The position numbers were made by a program, and so were the translations under genes. 64,000 nucleotides of DNA from a virus, in the IMG/VR virus record IMGVR_UViG_3300035701_000001. The stretch is one strand, 5' to 3'. Below, one piece after another: positions 1-9,046 of the stretch. The notes beneath the pieces were generated by a model that was not told the DNA's origin, did not search any database, and saw nothing but the letters and a program-made list of their open reading frames with translations. Every line of letters starts with the position of its first letter. Within the stretch, counting starts at the first letter, position 1.

Positions 1-306
1 CCGCCCTTGAGCCCGGCTGAAAGAATGCGGATAATTCTGAAAGAACTGCCGCAAAGCAACCGATATGCCATCACATTCGTGTAATCGGGTCCTGTCTGGG
101 ATCCATTCTGGAGTGTCAAGGTCTACCAGGCAAAGGAGAGAAAGAAGGACAAGGTCTGGACCTGGAGGTTGTTCTGGACTTGCCCGTTGTTCCCTCGTGG
201 ACGTCGTATGTACGAAGGGGAAGCCAGCAGCGAAGCGACAGTGCTTTCGAACGAACTCTACCTTCCACTCCTCGAAGGATTGAAGACGGGTTCTCTGGTG
301 AAGTAG
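1..306 (+). pseudogene. 3' part of a third paralog of the 325/753 family, interrupted by in-frame TAA at 82-84
   Basis: Frame 1 reads PPLSPAERMRIILKELPQSNRYAITFV*SGPVWDPFW...SEATVLSNELYLPLLEGL, matching PPLSAEERLRLLLGRPP..YAL and the SLYILY-type tail of the next two genes. The 5' end lies outside the window. Confidence 0.6.
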
Positions 307-324
307 GCTTTCAGGAGCTTTTTC

Positions 325-756
325 ATGATTTCTGCGCTGGCCATCGCTTCTCTCGTCTTTGCGGCAGGGTCAGAGGGAGAAGCTTCGAGCGAGGAAGTCT
401 GGGCTCGAACGTTCGACACGGTGAACTCGCTCCGGGAACGACGAGGGATTCCCCCCCTCACCTTGCGGGAAAGGTTTTCGATGGTGCTCGGGGAACCGCC
501 GGATGAGGATTGTCGTTTCGGTATCGGGGTGGAGGGGGACGGAGACCACCCGGAATCCTATGAGATCGTACGGTACGATTGGATCAATGAACCCGAGGTT
601 CCAGGGGGCGGATACTGGAATGGAATCCTGGGATGGGCTTCCACCCATCTCTGGGACGATTGGAAGGAGATTGACGAATTCATCCGCTATCAAGCTGCGG
701 TACGAGAAGCCGAGAGCCTCGCGAAATCCCTCTACATCCTTTACCTGGACCTGTGA
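325..756 (+). CDS. hypothetical protein with N-terminal signal/anchor, paralog A
   Basis: AGGAG RBS; hydrophobic N-terminus; shares W..TF.T....R...GIPPL...ER...LG.PP with the 753 gene. Confidence 0.75.
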   Translation: MISALAIASLVFAAGSEGEASSEEVWARTFDTVNSLRERRGIPPLTLRERFSMVLGEPPDEDCRFGIGVEGDGDHPESYEIVRYDWINEPEVPGGGYWNGILGWASTHLWDDWKEIDEFIRYQAAVREAESLAKSLYILYLDL

Positions 757-1175
757 GTCCGTCGATGACCGTCCTCCTCCTTTCCATGGCTTCCCTTGTC
801 CTTTCCGCCGGATCGGACGACGAGACAGTGGATGAGGAAACCTGGGTTCGGCGGTTTGAAACCATCGACGAGAAACGAGTCGAGCACAACATTCCCCCCC
901 TGTCCGCCGAGGAACGCTTGAGACTCCTGCTGGGACGACCACCGCTCGACAGGCCCTATGCTCTTGTCATCACCTACCAGGAACACGACCGTGACGTCAT
1001 CAAAGCCAACATCCGTCAATTCACGGGAAAACTCGATGAGCCCTGCTGGGTTGCCTGGAGTGTCCATGAATTCATCACCTCGGAGTGGTCCATCTACTTC
1101 ACAGATCTGGAAGAGAAGATGAAAGGATTCGCTTCCAAGCTGTACATCCGGTACGCGAGGATCGAGGATCTCTGA
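753..1175 (+). CDS. hypothetical protein with N-terminal signal/anchor, paralog B
   Basis: GTGA overlap with previous stop (alternative ATG at 765); paralog of 325..756. Confidence 0.75.
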   Translation: MSPSMTVLLLSMASLVLSAGSDDETVDEETWVRRFETIDEKRVEHNIPPLSAEERLRLLLGRPPLDRPYALVITYQEHDRDVIKANIRQFTGKLDEPCWVAWSVHEFITSEWSIYFTDLEEKMKGFASKLYIRYARIEDL

Positions 1176-1280
1176 AGACTTTTCCGGTCAACTCTTCCAT
1201 GATTTTCCATTGGACTCCGGAGGAAGAAACCCCGATCCACCGCCTTGGCCCTGGTGGATGAAAAAAATCAGGAATCCCCA

Positions 1281-1309
1281 TTGACACGGCTTGTGTCATC
1301 TTATAGCTT
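1281..1309 (+). promoter_or_regulatory. sigma70-type promoter with palindromic operator, copy P1
   Basis: TTGACA-17bp-TAGCTT; TGACAC-GGCTT-GTGTCA; A-tract (UP-like) at about 1260-1267. Confidence 0.85.
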
Positions 1310-1333
1310 CGGGGTGTCCACCGGAGCGATTCC

Positions 1334-1735
1334 ATGGCCGAGGATTCCCCTCTCTCCACGCTTGACCCTGCCGAGCAGGCGCTTGCGTTGGAGGGCCAAT
1401 ACCTCGAAGTCTTGAAGGCCTACCGGGGTCGTACCCGGTGCTCCCTGCGCTCGGCACGGGTCCAGGTGGACGCATTTCTCCTGCAGTCCGGCCGTGAGGT
1501 CCCCAAGGGGGATCTCTCTCCTACCCTCTTCTCTCCCACCCACGAACCCCTCCGGGATGACCGAGAGCAGTCCATCCAGGACCTGGCCCGTCTGATCGGC
1601 TGGCAGTACCTTGAACGCTGCACCCGCTGCGACCGCTACAAGCTCCGCAACGAGGGATGCTGGTGGTGCCAGGGCATCGAACCCTCCTTCCTCGACCGGC
1701 TGGGAACCCGTGCGAAGGCCAAGGAAACCCCATGA
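1334..1735 (+). CDS. hypothetical protein, C-terminal CxxC...CxxC
   Basis: First gene after P1; GGAG RBS; CTRC and CWWC. Confidence 0.7.
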   Translation: MAEDSPLSTLDPAEQALALEGQYLEVLKAYRGRTRCSLRSARVQVDAFLLQSGREVPKGDLSPTLFSPTHEPLRDDREQSIQDLARLIGWQYLERCTRCDRYKLRNEGCWWCQGIEPSFLDRLGTRAKAKETP

Positions 1736-2385
1736 ATTCCTACCTTGATCCCAACCGGCGCATGGCATTGCGTGACGAATACCCTCGCACCACGAGTCAC
1801 GGGAAGGTCTTGAACGACGTGCTGGATGCGCTGGACGAAGTCGAGAAGACGATCCGAAAGGAAGAACGCAAGAACGTCGGGGACGAACTTCTGGAACTGG
1901 GCAGTACACTCCGCATCCTTCCGGACCCTTCCGGACTTCTGGGTATCGCGCTCTGTGACATCGCTTCCAACCTCCAGGCAGGGGAACCGGTTTATCGGTG
2001 GAAGAACTTCGTCGATTTGCCCGTGGAACCCTCCGAGGAACTCCCCCGTGACGAGACCACCGAGGAAACCCGCCGACTCGTCGAGAAGGTCTCCGAGATC
2101 ATCGAGGAGGGATGGGCGACCTGGTGCTGCACCCACCTCGACAATCAGGGTCGCTATTTTCTGGCCCCTCGCTGGAAGCAGTACAGCGTCTGGATGATGG
2201 TGCGAAGCGACGGATTGCTCACCCATGAACGCGGAGATGCCTTGTCCGGCAGTTGGCATCGGCTCCTCGAAGACTCCATGCGGCTTCTCGATGCACATGT
2301 TCCACTCGGTCCGGACTTGGATGGGATCTCGGACCCCACCGAACCCCCCTCGTGGGAATCGCTCTTGCAGAAGGAGACTTCGTGA
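1732..2385 (+). CDS. hypothetical protein
   Basis: ATGA coupling at both ends. Confidence 0.7.
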   Translation: MNSYLDPNRRMALRDEYPRTTSHGKVLNDVLDALDEVEKTIRKEERKNVGDELLELGSTLRILPDPSGLLGIALCDIASNLQAGEPVYRWKNFVDLPVEPSEELPRDETTEETRRLVEKVSEIIEEGWATWCCTHLDNQGRYFLAPRWKQYSVWMMVRSDGLLTHERGDALSGSWHRLLEDSMRLLDAHVPLGPDLDGISDPTEPPSWESLLQKETS

Positions 2386-2855
2386 GCCCAAACCGGAAAG
2401 ACCCCTCTTATTGTCCTTGGACGCGAAGCATCGAACGCGTGAAAGCCTCCTTGGGTTCCGAGTTCAAGGTGGAATCGTCGGATGCGAAGTCTTCGACTGG
2501 ATGTGACTTGATCCTCTCCTGGAAAGACTGTTTTCGTCCGGACAGTTTGGATTACATAGGCTCCGTGACCTTCTGTCTGAAGCAACGGAAATGGTGTGCT
2601 GGGATCTCCGTCCACGCACACCGATTCATGAGACAGGAGGATTGGTACGGGATGAACGGAGAAATACCGCATTCCGGCAGGCAATGGATCGAGAAGACGG
2701 TATGCGATATCCGGACCGCAGTCTCCCGCAGCCTCCTCGACTGCATGGATGCCTATCGGTCTCCGGAGAAAGTCCCCGAATGGGTCTATGAGGCTGCAGG
2801 GGACGAATGGAGATGGGATCGAGGCATTCCACGCAAGGTACGGAGCACTCCATGA
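2382..2855 (+). CDS. hypothetical protein
   Basis: GTGA coupling, AAGGAG RBS. Confidence 0.65.
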   Translation: MSPNRKDPSYCPWTRSIERVKASLGSEFKVESSDAKSSTGCDLILSWKDCFRPDSLDYIGSVTFCLKQRKWCAGISVHAHRFMRQEDWYGMNGEIPHSGRQWIEKTVCDIRTAVSRSLLDCMDAYRSPEKVPEWVYEAAGDEWRWDRGIPRKVRSTP

Positions 2856-3304
2856 ACGAACCCCAGATGACGGAGACCCTGACCTTCACGATCCCCATCG
2901 ACTCGGACATGGAGGACAAGATCTCGTTCTTTACGGGCATCTATCCGAATGAGGAAGGGGAGAAGTACGGCTATGCCGACGTCTTCTCGCACGACTGCAT
3001 CGGTTACTGGATGCAGGGTATCGAGAGCGACCCTGTGAAGGGCTGGCTTGGCTGGGAGTTTTTGGAAGACGAGGATCCAGAGGATGAAGAAGTCCAGGAA
3101 CGTCACGAAGAAGCCATTCGTACCTGGAAGAACGGAGAAGTCCTCCCCAAGAACTACTACTCGCTCGACCGGGAGATGGCCAAGAAGATCCTTGTCTACG
3201 GCATGGGTCGATGGGGACAGGATTTCGTGAACGGCCAGTGTGATGTGAACGACGACGACGTCGCCGTGCAAATGACGTTACTCCAGGAGGTTCGCTATGG
3301 GTGA
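2852..3304 (+). CDS. conserved phage hypothetical protein (acidic, ends D.AVQ..L..EVRYG)
   Basis: ATGA coupling; C-terminal motif resembles one I recognise from phage proteins. Confidence 0.7.
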   Translation: MNEPQMTETLTFTIPIDSDMEDKISFFTGIYPNEEGEKYGYADVFSHDCIGYWMQGIESDPVKGWLGWEFLEDEDPEDEEVQERHEEAIRTWKNGEVLPKNYYSLDREMAKKILVYGMGRWGQDFVNGQCDVNDDDVAVQMTLLQEVRYG

Positions 3305-3650
3305 ATCCAGTTCCAGTGCAGGGAAACGGCTGCGTGCCTACCGGGCCGAACACGGGATGAGTCAATCCGCATTCGCCCGGCTGATTCCTGTGCACCTGGT
3401 GACCGTCTCCCAGTGGGAGCGCGGGGTGATCACACCGTCTTCGAAACGGACCGAGAAGATCGAAGAGATCACGGGAATTCCTGCCTCGAACTGGAGGGAA
3501 CCCCTGGCTTCTTCCCCCTCTCTTCCCGATCCCCTCCTTCGCGATTCTTCGTTCGTGAAAGTCCGCAGGACGGATGGAAGCCTCCTGTTGCTCGAACCCG
3601 CCGAAGGGGAGATGTACCGGATCGCCTGGCAGGAGGTTACCGGTGATTGA
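3297..3650 (+). CDS. XRE/Cro-family HTH protein
   Basis: LRAYRAEHGMSQSAFARLIPVHLVTVSQWERG. Confidence 0.9.
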   Translation: MGESSSSAGKRLRAYRAEHGMSQSAFARLIPVHLVTVSQWERGVITPSSKRTEKIEEITGIPASNWREPLASSPSLPDPLLRDSSFVKVRRTDGSLLLLEPAEGEMYRIAWQEVTGD

Positions 3651-4962
3651 ACCTTCCGATCCCTCCGAACTTCTGCTCGGAACCTACCCGAGCCGGTGCG
3701 CGGAGTGGAGAGAACGCATCCGGATCCGTCTGCAATCCCGGAACCAGGGAAAGGAGACCGAGGTTCTCCTCCAGATCGACGAGTTCGAGAACCGGTTGAA
3801 GAACGCGGTCCCCGAGGATGTGTTCGGGACGTCCGGCCGACCGTCCCTTCTGCGGATGGCCAGTACCCTCGATGCCAAGGTCCGCGAACTCACCGATGCC
3901 TACCTGCAGATGGAAGATCTCGTGGACAACGGGCTGTACCGGATCCGAGCCCGCAACGCGAACTACGGGATCTGGAATGGCAAGAAGAAGGAATTCGAGA
4001 TCTTCCGCAAGAAATTCGAGGAAGAGTTCTTGGACTCCGAACTGCACTGGGATGCCGATCCGCACCATGGAACGGCGAAACCCGACGCATTGATAGAAGT
4101 CCCCCCTCTCTTCGAAGATGCCTCCACACGATTCGCGTACCTGAAAGGGTGGTGCGAACGATTGCAAGAAGGAGTTCCGACCATGTCCAGTCCAGAGTCC
4201 CTATCCTCGGTCTCTTCCGAGACGATCCCGGAAGCGGTCGAGGTTCCGCCTTCCGTCGACCCTCCCTCTGCAGAGGTCTCGGCTTCCGAGGAAGAACCCC
4301 CCTCCGAACCTGTACCGGAAACCGAGGTTTCACAGGTCGAGACTCCGAAGGCTGATCCTCTCCCCCTCGAACTCCGTCGGGGCGGACTCCTCCTCACCGA
4401 GTACCGGGAGAAGGAGGGGCTCACCCAGGCACAACTCGCCAAGCGCCTGTACGTCTACCAGACGCTGATCCACTGGTGGGAAAAGGGGATGAAGAGCCCC
4501 GAGCCCAAGAAGGCAGCTTTCATCGAGAAAGTCACCGGCATCCCCACCGCTTCCTGGGACTTGCAGCGCATGGCCCGTCGCAAGCCTGGTCGTCCGCCCA
4601 AGGTGAAGACCGAGGAAATTCCCGTCGAAGTCGAGAAGAAGAAGCGGGGACGTCCGCCCAAGGCAAAGGTAGAGACTACACCGGTTTCGCCGAACCCGGA
4701 GTCCGACAAGAAGGCGGACAAGAAGGCCCACCCGAAGGCCGACAAGAAGGCCAACCCGAAGACCAGGAAAAAGACCAGGAGGATCTTGTGGGAAGCCCAG
4801 ATTCGGGGCAAGAAATCCAAGATCACAACCCGGCTCATCGTGGGGCCTCCTGACATGAAGTTCGTGCTGCTGGCGCTGTGGGAAGAACCCCTGCAGGGGA
4901 CCCTTATCAGCCTGCGACAGTCGGATCCCGAGTTCTTTGTCTCCGTCCTGGATCTGCCGTGA
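3643..4962 (+). CDS. multidomain DNA-binding protein (XRE HTH + two AT-hooks + Lys/Ala repeats)
   Basis: YREKEGLTQAQLAKRLYVYQTLIHWWEKG; RKPGRPPK, KKRGRPPK; DKKA repeats; GTG start with AGGAGG RBS. Confidence 0.8.
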   Translation: MIEPSDPSELLLGTYPSRCAEWRERIRIRLQSRNQGKETEVLLQIDEFENRLKNAVPEDVFGTSGRPSLLRMASTLDAKVRELTDAYLQMEDLVDNGLYRIRARNANYGIWNGKKKEFEIFRKKFEEEFLDSELHWDADPHHGTAKPDALIEVPPLFEDASTRFAYLKGWCERLQEGVPTMSSPESLSSVSSETIPEAVEVPPSVDPPSAEVSASEEEPPSEPVPETEVSQVETPKADPLPLELRRGGLLLTEYREKEGLTQAQLAKRLYVYQTLIHWWEKGMKSPEPKKAAFIEKVTGIPTASWDLQRMARRKPGRPPKVKTEEIPVEVEKKKRGRPPKAKVETTPVSPNPESDKKADKKAHPKADKKANPKTRKKTRRILWEAQIRGKKSKITTRLIVGPPDMKFVLLALWEEPLQGTLISLRQSDPEFFVSVLDLP

Positions 4963-5255
4963 GTGAACGCCCTCCCTACGAAACCTGGACGGTGGAAGCA
5001 CTGGTTTCCGAGTGCGACCGGCTGCGTGCCGTCATCGAGAAGAACAAGGCATCCTTCCTTTCCCTCCAGGCCCTCTGCCAGACACAGCGCCAGGAGATCG
5101 AGGAACGGAAGGCCGAGCAGGAAGGGGAAGACCTCCTCGCTGCCCTGGAGGCTCAAGCCAATGTGGGGGCAGCGAAGAATCGCCGGAAGATCGGACGGGC
5201 CCTCGTGGAGAAGCTCAAGGAAAAAGGTGTTGGCAAGACCGAAGGGGAGAACTGA
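4959..5255 (+). CDS. hypothetical coiled-coil protein
   Basis: GTGA coupling. Confidence 0.6.
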   Translation: MSERPPYETWTVEALVSECDRLRAVIEKNKASFLSLQALCQTQRQEIEERKAEQEGEDLLAALEAQANVGAAKNRRKIGRALVEKLKEKGVGKTEGEN

Positions 5256-5257
5256 CC

Positions 5258-5650
5258 ATGGACGACAAGGACGCCCGCGAGATCCTCCTCCAGGTTCAGA
5301 CGTGGTGGAAGGGGCTTTCCACCGAGGAGAAGAACCAACAGATCGAAGTGGCACTGGAACGAGTCAAGGCACTCGTCGACCAGGTGGTCGAGGAGCGGGA
5401 CAAGGCCCAGGTACAGTCCCAGCAGATGCTCGAAGCCCTCGATTCGGCGGCCGACACCTCGGACCAGATCGCGGGTCAACTCAAAGCGGTCGCACGGGAT
5501 GCCTGGGCCTTGCACACGGCGGTCGACAAGCTCCCTGCTGATTCCTGGACCGATGAGATGAAGATCGCCATGCCATCCCTCGCCTCCACCCTCACGCGCC
5601 TTCATCTGCCGAAGGAAGAACTCAACGCTCCGAACGAGATGACTGCGTAG
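5258..5650 (+). CDS. hypothetical coiled-coil protein
   Basis: GGAG RBS; heptad-rich sequence. Confidence 0.7.
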   Translation: MDDKDAREILLQVQTWWKGLSTEEKNQQIEVALERVKALVDQVVEERDKAQVQSQQMLEALDSAADTSDQIAGQLKAVARDAWALHTAVDKLPADSWTDEMKIAMPSLASTLTRLHLPKEELNAPNEMTA

Positions 5651-5662
5651 GAGGAGACAGCG

Positions 5663-5932
5663 ATGTTGTGGACGAGCATGAGGATGGAGGTGAGCGAGGG
5701 AATCTTCGGCTGGATTGTCGAAGACGGAGGCGATGACGGCATCGAGATCCAGTACTGGGAACGAGAGGGGGATGTCCAGGATGGAGAGAAGGTCCAAAAG
5801 GCCACGATCTCCTGTCAGACCGAAAGCGGACAGGCCATTGCAGAAGCTCTCCTGGCCGTCGTCCTCTACCGGAAGAGAGTCGAGGAGGAATCCACCCTCC
5901 GTGAAAAGATAGAGAAGGAACAGAAATCATGA
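5663..5932 (+). CDS. hypothetical protein
   Basis: GGAGG RBS; ATGA coupling downstream. Confidence 0.65.
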   Translation: MLWTSMRMEVSEGIFGWIVEDGGDDGIEIQYWEREGDVQDGEKVQKATISCQTESGQAIAEALLAVVLYRKRVEEESTLREKIEKEQKS

Positions 5933-6108
5933 AGGGAAAACCTGGATTCCAGACCCCTCGCAACCAGCCGGATGCCCAGCCGGTCTTCCGCGTTCGTCGG
6001 GGGAAGAAGGTCCAGGTTCCCCCCGAATGGATGGGCCACACCGTACACGAGCAGACAAAGCAAAAACGACAGCCGGTGAGCCGACGGACGCGCAAGGAGC
6101 ACAAATAA
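5929..6108 (+). pseudogene. small basic protein with apparent 1-bp deletion in C5 run (6019-6023)
   Basis: Adding one C gives ...VRRGKKVQVPPEWMGHTVHEQTKQKRQ...EHK*, a coherent sequence resembling a small phage protein motif. Confidence 0.45.
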
Positions 6109-6142
6109 GTTCCGTACTTCCCCACAAAATCAAAAAGGTGCG

Positions 6143-6442
6143 GTGATGCCGAAAATCGGGGAACGGGTCGTGGCGATCAGCCACTCGGATGACGAGACGA
6201 TTTACCTGTTCGGGTTCGGTGTGTACGAGGGGGACTTCGACCCGGAAGAGGCAGGGGGACCCCTCGGGGAGATGTGCCGGGAGATGGGACGTGGAAACCC
6301 TCGCATTCGCCTGGACAACGGAAAGATCGTCTACGGCTGCGAGTGCTGGTGGCACCCCGAGGAAAAGACCACGCTCGACATGAAGAAAAAGGTTGTCCTG
6401 TTGGACATCGACGAAGAACGCAAGAAGTGCAAAGGAGAATAA
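6143..6442 (+). CDS. conserved phage hypothetical protein (NPRIRLDNGKIVYGCECWW)
   Basis: AAGGTG RBS; motif recognised from phage hypothetical proteins. Confidence 0.75.
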   Translation: MMPKIGERVVAISHSDDETIYLFGFGVYEGDFDPEEAGGPLGEMCREMGRGNPRIRLDNGKIVYGCECWWHPEEKTTLDMKKKVVLLDIDEERKKCKGE

Positions 6443-6446
6443 GGCG

Positions 6447-6782
6447 ATGGAATCAGAAGAAAACTGCCTGCTAGAACGTACCTATCTCATCCATTTCCTG
6501 GGGCAGACGTTGGGAGGTCAGGCCCATGAGCGACTGCTCGGACAGGGGGGGGAACTGGATGCCCAGATCTTTCGGCAGGAGATGAAGTACATCGTCGAAA
6601 ACGACATTTTCTGGGATCTCCTGGAAAAAACCAGCGTGGATAGCATCTCCCAGGATGTCGTGATACTGGGCACGATGCATGGAGGTGAGGCAAACGAAGC
6701 GATTCTCAAGATTGCAGCCGAGATACCAACCGTGCTGCGCGAGGCGGTTGCCCAGCGGACAAAGTCGACCGGATCCGCGTGA
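6447..6782 (+). CDS. hypothetical protein
   Basis: AGGAG upstream. Confidence 0.6.
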   Translation: MESEENCLLERTYLIHFLGQTLGGQAHERLLGQGGELDAQIFRQEMKYIVENDIFWDLLEKTSVDSISQDVVILGTMHGGEANEAILKIAAEIPTVLREAVAQRTKSTGSA

Positions 6783-6813
6783 ACGACCTGTTTCTCCATG
6801 AGGAGATTTGATC

Positions 6814-7344
6814 ATGACCGACCCGAAGTCCTTGGATCTCGCCGCCCTCCAGACCAGAGAAGCCGTAGCCACGCCAGGACCTTGGTACACCGAAGAAGAA
6901 ATGGTCCAGACGAACTGGATCGATCCGCTCTGGCCCGAAGATGACCAAGCGGGTTGGACTGTGGCAGAGTGCTACAACCTTGGCGGAAAAGAAGGGCATG
7001 GAAAGGCCAACGCGGCGTTCATCGCCCACGCCCGTGAAGACATTCCTGCGCTGCGCGCCGCACTGGAACAGGCCCAGCAGGACAACGAACGGGTCACGCG
7101 AGACAGAGACGCGAAGAGCCATGTCATCGACCGGATCGTGGATGCCTTCCAGACCGGGAAGGAGCCCGATGCGGAGCATTGGCCATTTCCTGCCCAGGTG
7201 GCCGCCCTCGTGAGAGAACGCGATGATCTCCGCGTAAAGTGGAACGAAGCCTGTGATGAACTGCGCGATCTCCTGTTGAATGTCGGCATGGCGAATGCGC
7301 GGAGAGACCACATCGCCGCTCTCCTGGTGAGAAAAAATCCATGA
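6814..7344 (+). CDS. Ead/Ea22-like protein
   Basis: TPGPW...ANAAFIAHAREDIPAL followed by coiled coil. Confidence 0.75.
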   Translation: MTDPKSLDLAALQTREAVATPGPWYTEEEMVQTNWIDPLWPEDDQAGWTVAECYNLGGKEGHGKANAAFIAHAREDIPALRAALEQAQQDNERVTRDRDAKSHVIDRIVDAFQTGKEPDAEHWPFPAQVAALVRERDDLRVKWNEACDELRDLLLNVGMANARRDHIAALLVRKNP

Positions 7345-7805
7345 CCACCCCACAGATCGACACGGAGGCCATTGCCAAGGCTTTGGGGGCCGAGCGGATG
7401 AGCAGGGAAGACCTTGTCCTGGATCGCATGCGGCTCTCCAACGAACTGGCACGGGTCCACTCGATCCTCGAACTCGTGCGCGACGAGGTCATAGGACTTC
7501 ATCAGCGCCAGGAGTCCTGCAATGAAGCAGCTTGGCATCTGAACCGGGAAGAAGAAGCCATCGACCGGGAACGGCTGAGGGGGAAGGCTTCGGCTTACGG
7601 GCACTCGGCCGAACTCATCGAAGCCGTATTGCCGAAACAGGATCACCACGAAGAACACGAAGGACACGAAGGATCGGACGGACAGGACTCCGCGCTCTCC
7701 GCGTCCTTGGCGGTGGAAAAGACCGGAAAAATCACCACGGAGGACACAGAGAACGCGGAGGATCTGGCTGAACTCCGTAAACTCCGCGATCTCCGTGTCC
7801 TCTGA
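7341..7805 (+). CDS. hypothetical protein, C-terminus extended by repeat cluster A
   Basis: ATGA coupling; tail HHEEHEGHEG...TTEDTENAE...LRDLRVL is translated repeat DNA. Confidence 0.65.
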   Translation: MTTPQIDTEAIAKALGAERMSREDLVLDRMRLSNELARVHSILELVRDEVIGLHQRQESCNEAAWHLNREEEAIDRERLRGKASAYGHSAELIEAVLPKQDHHEEHEGHEGSDGQDSALSASLAVEKTGKITTEDTENAEDLAELRKLRDLRVL

Positions 7806-7897
7806 GGTGAAAGAGAATGGCAGGATCACCACGAAGAACACGAAGGACACAAAGAATCGGACCGACTGAACTCCGCGATCCCTGCGTTCTCATCGGT
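7645..7897. repeat. nonamer-based inverted-repeat cluster A (L-R x3)
   Basis: Alternating ACCACGAAGAACACGAAGGACACGAAG-type and CTCCGCGNTCTCCGCGTCCTNNGCGGT-type 27-bp arms. Confidence 0.9.
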
Positions 7898-7915
7898 GGA
7901 AAAGGACGGTGAAAA

Positions 7916-8320
7916 GTGGGTTTTTATACCTTCGAGAAGATCAAGAGGAACCGCAAGGTCTACTGGCAGTGCGTCGTGTGCGGGCGCAACTTCCAGAAAT
8001 CCAAGACGGTCACGCATACCGTCAACCCGTTCAACCGCAACGAGCGAGGAGAGGTCCGGAGCCGAGGAGAGGTCTCCGATTGTGCCCAGGTGGAACTGGA
8101 TGCCTGGGCAAGGTCGATCCCGCCTCTGTGTGGCCATTGTCATGAGAAATGGGAACTCGTCCCCGAGATCGTCACCACGGATGGATTTGGCCATCCAAAC
8201 GGCGTTTTGCACGATGTACCGGTCTGCCGGTTCTGCAGGGCTCGGTCTGGCCATCCCCATGCGGAAGGCTGCGAAGCATTGAAAGAGAAGGAAGAAACAA
8301 TGACTTTGTCGAAGGAGTGA
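7916..8320 (+). CDS. Zn-ribbon hypothetical protein
   Basis: CVVC, CGHC, CRFC pairs. Confidence 0.65.
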   Translation: MGFYTFEKIKRNRKVYWQCVVCGRNFQKSKTVTHTVNPFNRNERGEVRSRGEVSDCAQVELDAWARSIPPLCGHCHEKWELVPEIVTTDGFGHPNGVLHDVPVCRFCRARSGHPHAEGCEALKEKEETMTLSKE

Positions 8321-8323
8321 AAA

Positions 8324-8617
8324 ATGGCCCAGAGAACGCTGGAAGACGAGTTCCTTGAAGGCCTGTTCGGAACCGGAAGGGTGATTCGCCATTTCATCCC
8401 TCCGCCCGGCACGAGCTTCGACTTCTTCCTCTGCGGAGGAGCCGGATGGGGCACCGAGAACGCACAGAACGTGACCTGTCCGAAGTGTTTGGAGAGACTC
8501 CACGCCGAGGACACCTCGGATGCCCACGCGGTAGAGAAGGCCATCGCCGAGGGAGGAGAGACCTTCTCCCACGAACAAGTCGGGGCGGAACTCGGATTGC
8601 GGAATGACGATGCGTAA
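8324..8617 (+). CDS. hypothetical protein
   Basis: AAGGAG RBS; VTCPKC. Confidence 0.6.
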   Translation: MAQRTLEDEFLEGLFGTGRVIRHFIPPPGTSFDFFLCGGAGWGTENAQNVTCPKCLERLHAEDTSDAHAVEKAIAEGGETFSHEQVGAELGLRNDDA

Positions 8618-8843
8618 GACGATCCCCCGCTGCCCGAAATGCGGAAAGGAACCCTGGCAGTACCGGGAGACCGTGACCTTGGAGTGGTTCTTCGAGGTCG
8701 AGAACGGTCAAATCGTGGACCAAGGAGCCACGGACAACGCCACGCACGGACCCCCCGTCACCGCGATGTGCACGTGCGGCCACGAGTGGACACTGCGCGG
8801 GGTGAGCCAGATCATCGAGCTACCCCTACTGGAGAAGGATTGA
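8610..8843 (+). CDS. small Zn-ribbon protein
   Basis: CPKCG...CTCGHEW. Confidence 0.65.
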   Translation: MRKTIPRCPKCGKEPWQYRETVTLEWFFEVENGQIVDQGATDNATHGPPVTAMCTCGHEWTLRGVSQIIELPLLEKD

Positions 8844-9046
8844 ACCAGCGCCGTGCCAAGAAAGATGCCTGCCATGTCGTTGCCCGGCTGATCCATTCCT
8901 ACCTGGATGTCGGTCAACCTGGAAACGACTGCCTGGATGGAATCCACGGCTGGACCCCGAAAGACGAGAAGAAGCTCACTGCTGCGTTCCAGGGACTCAT
9001 CAATGAAATGGAGCATCGGGCCGAGCTACCGGAGGATGAACCATGA
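8840..9046 (+). CDS. hypothetical protein
   Basis: TTG start in TTGA overlap; coupled downstream. Confidence 0.55.
   Translation: MNQRRAKKDACHVVARLIHSYLDVGQPGNDCLDGIHGWTPKDEKKLTAAFQGLINEMEHRAELPEDEP

Noticed and set aside
1235-1259. Hairpin ATCCACC-N11-GGTGGAT as an intrinsic terminator
   Set aside because: It is followed by an A-tract rather than a U-tract on +, and has no U-tract on -; the A-tract fits a UP element of P1.
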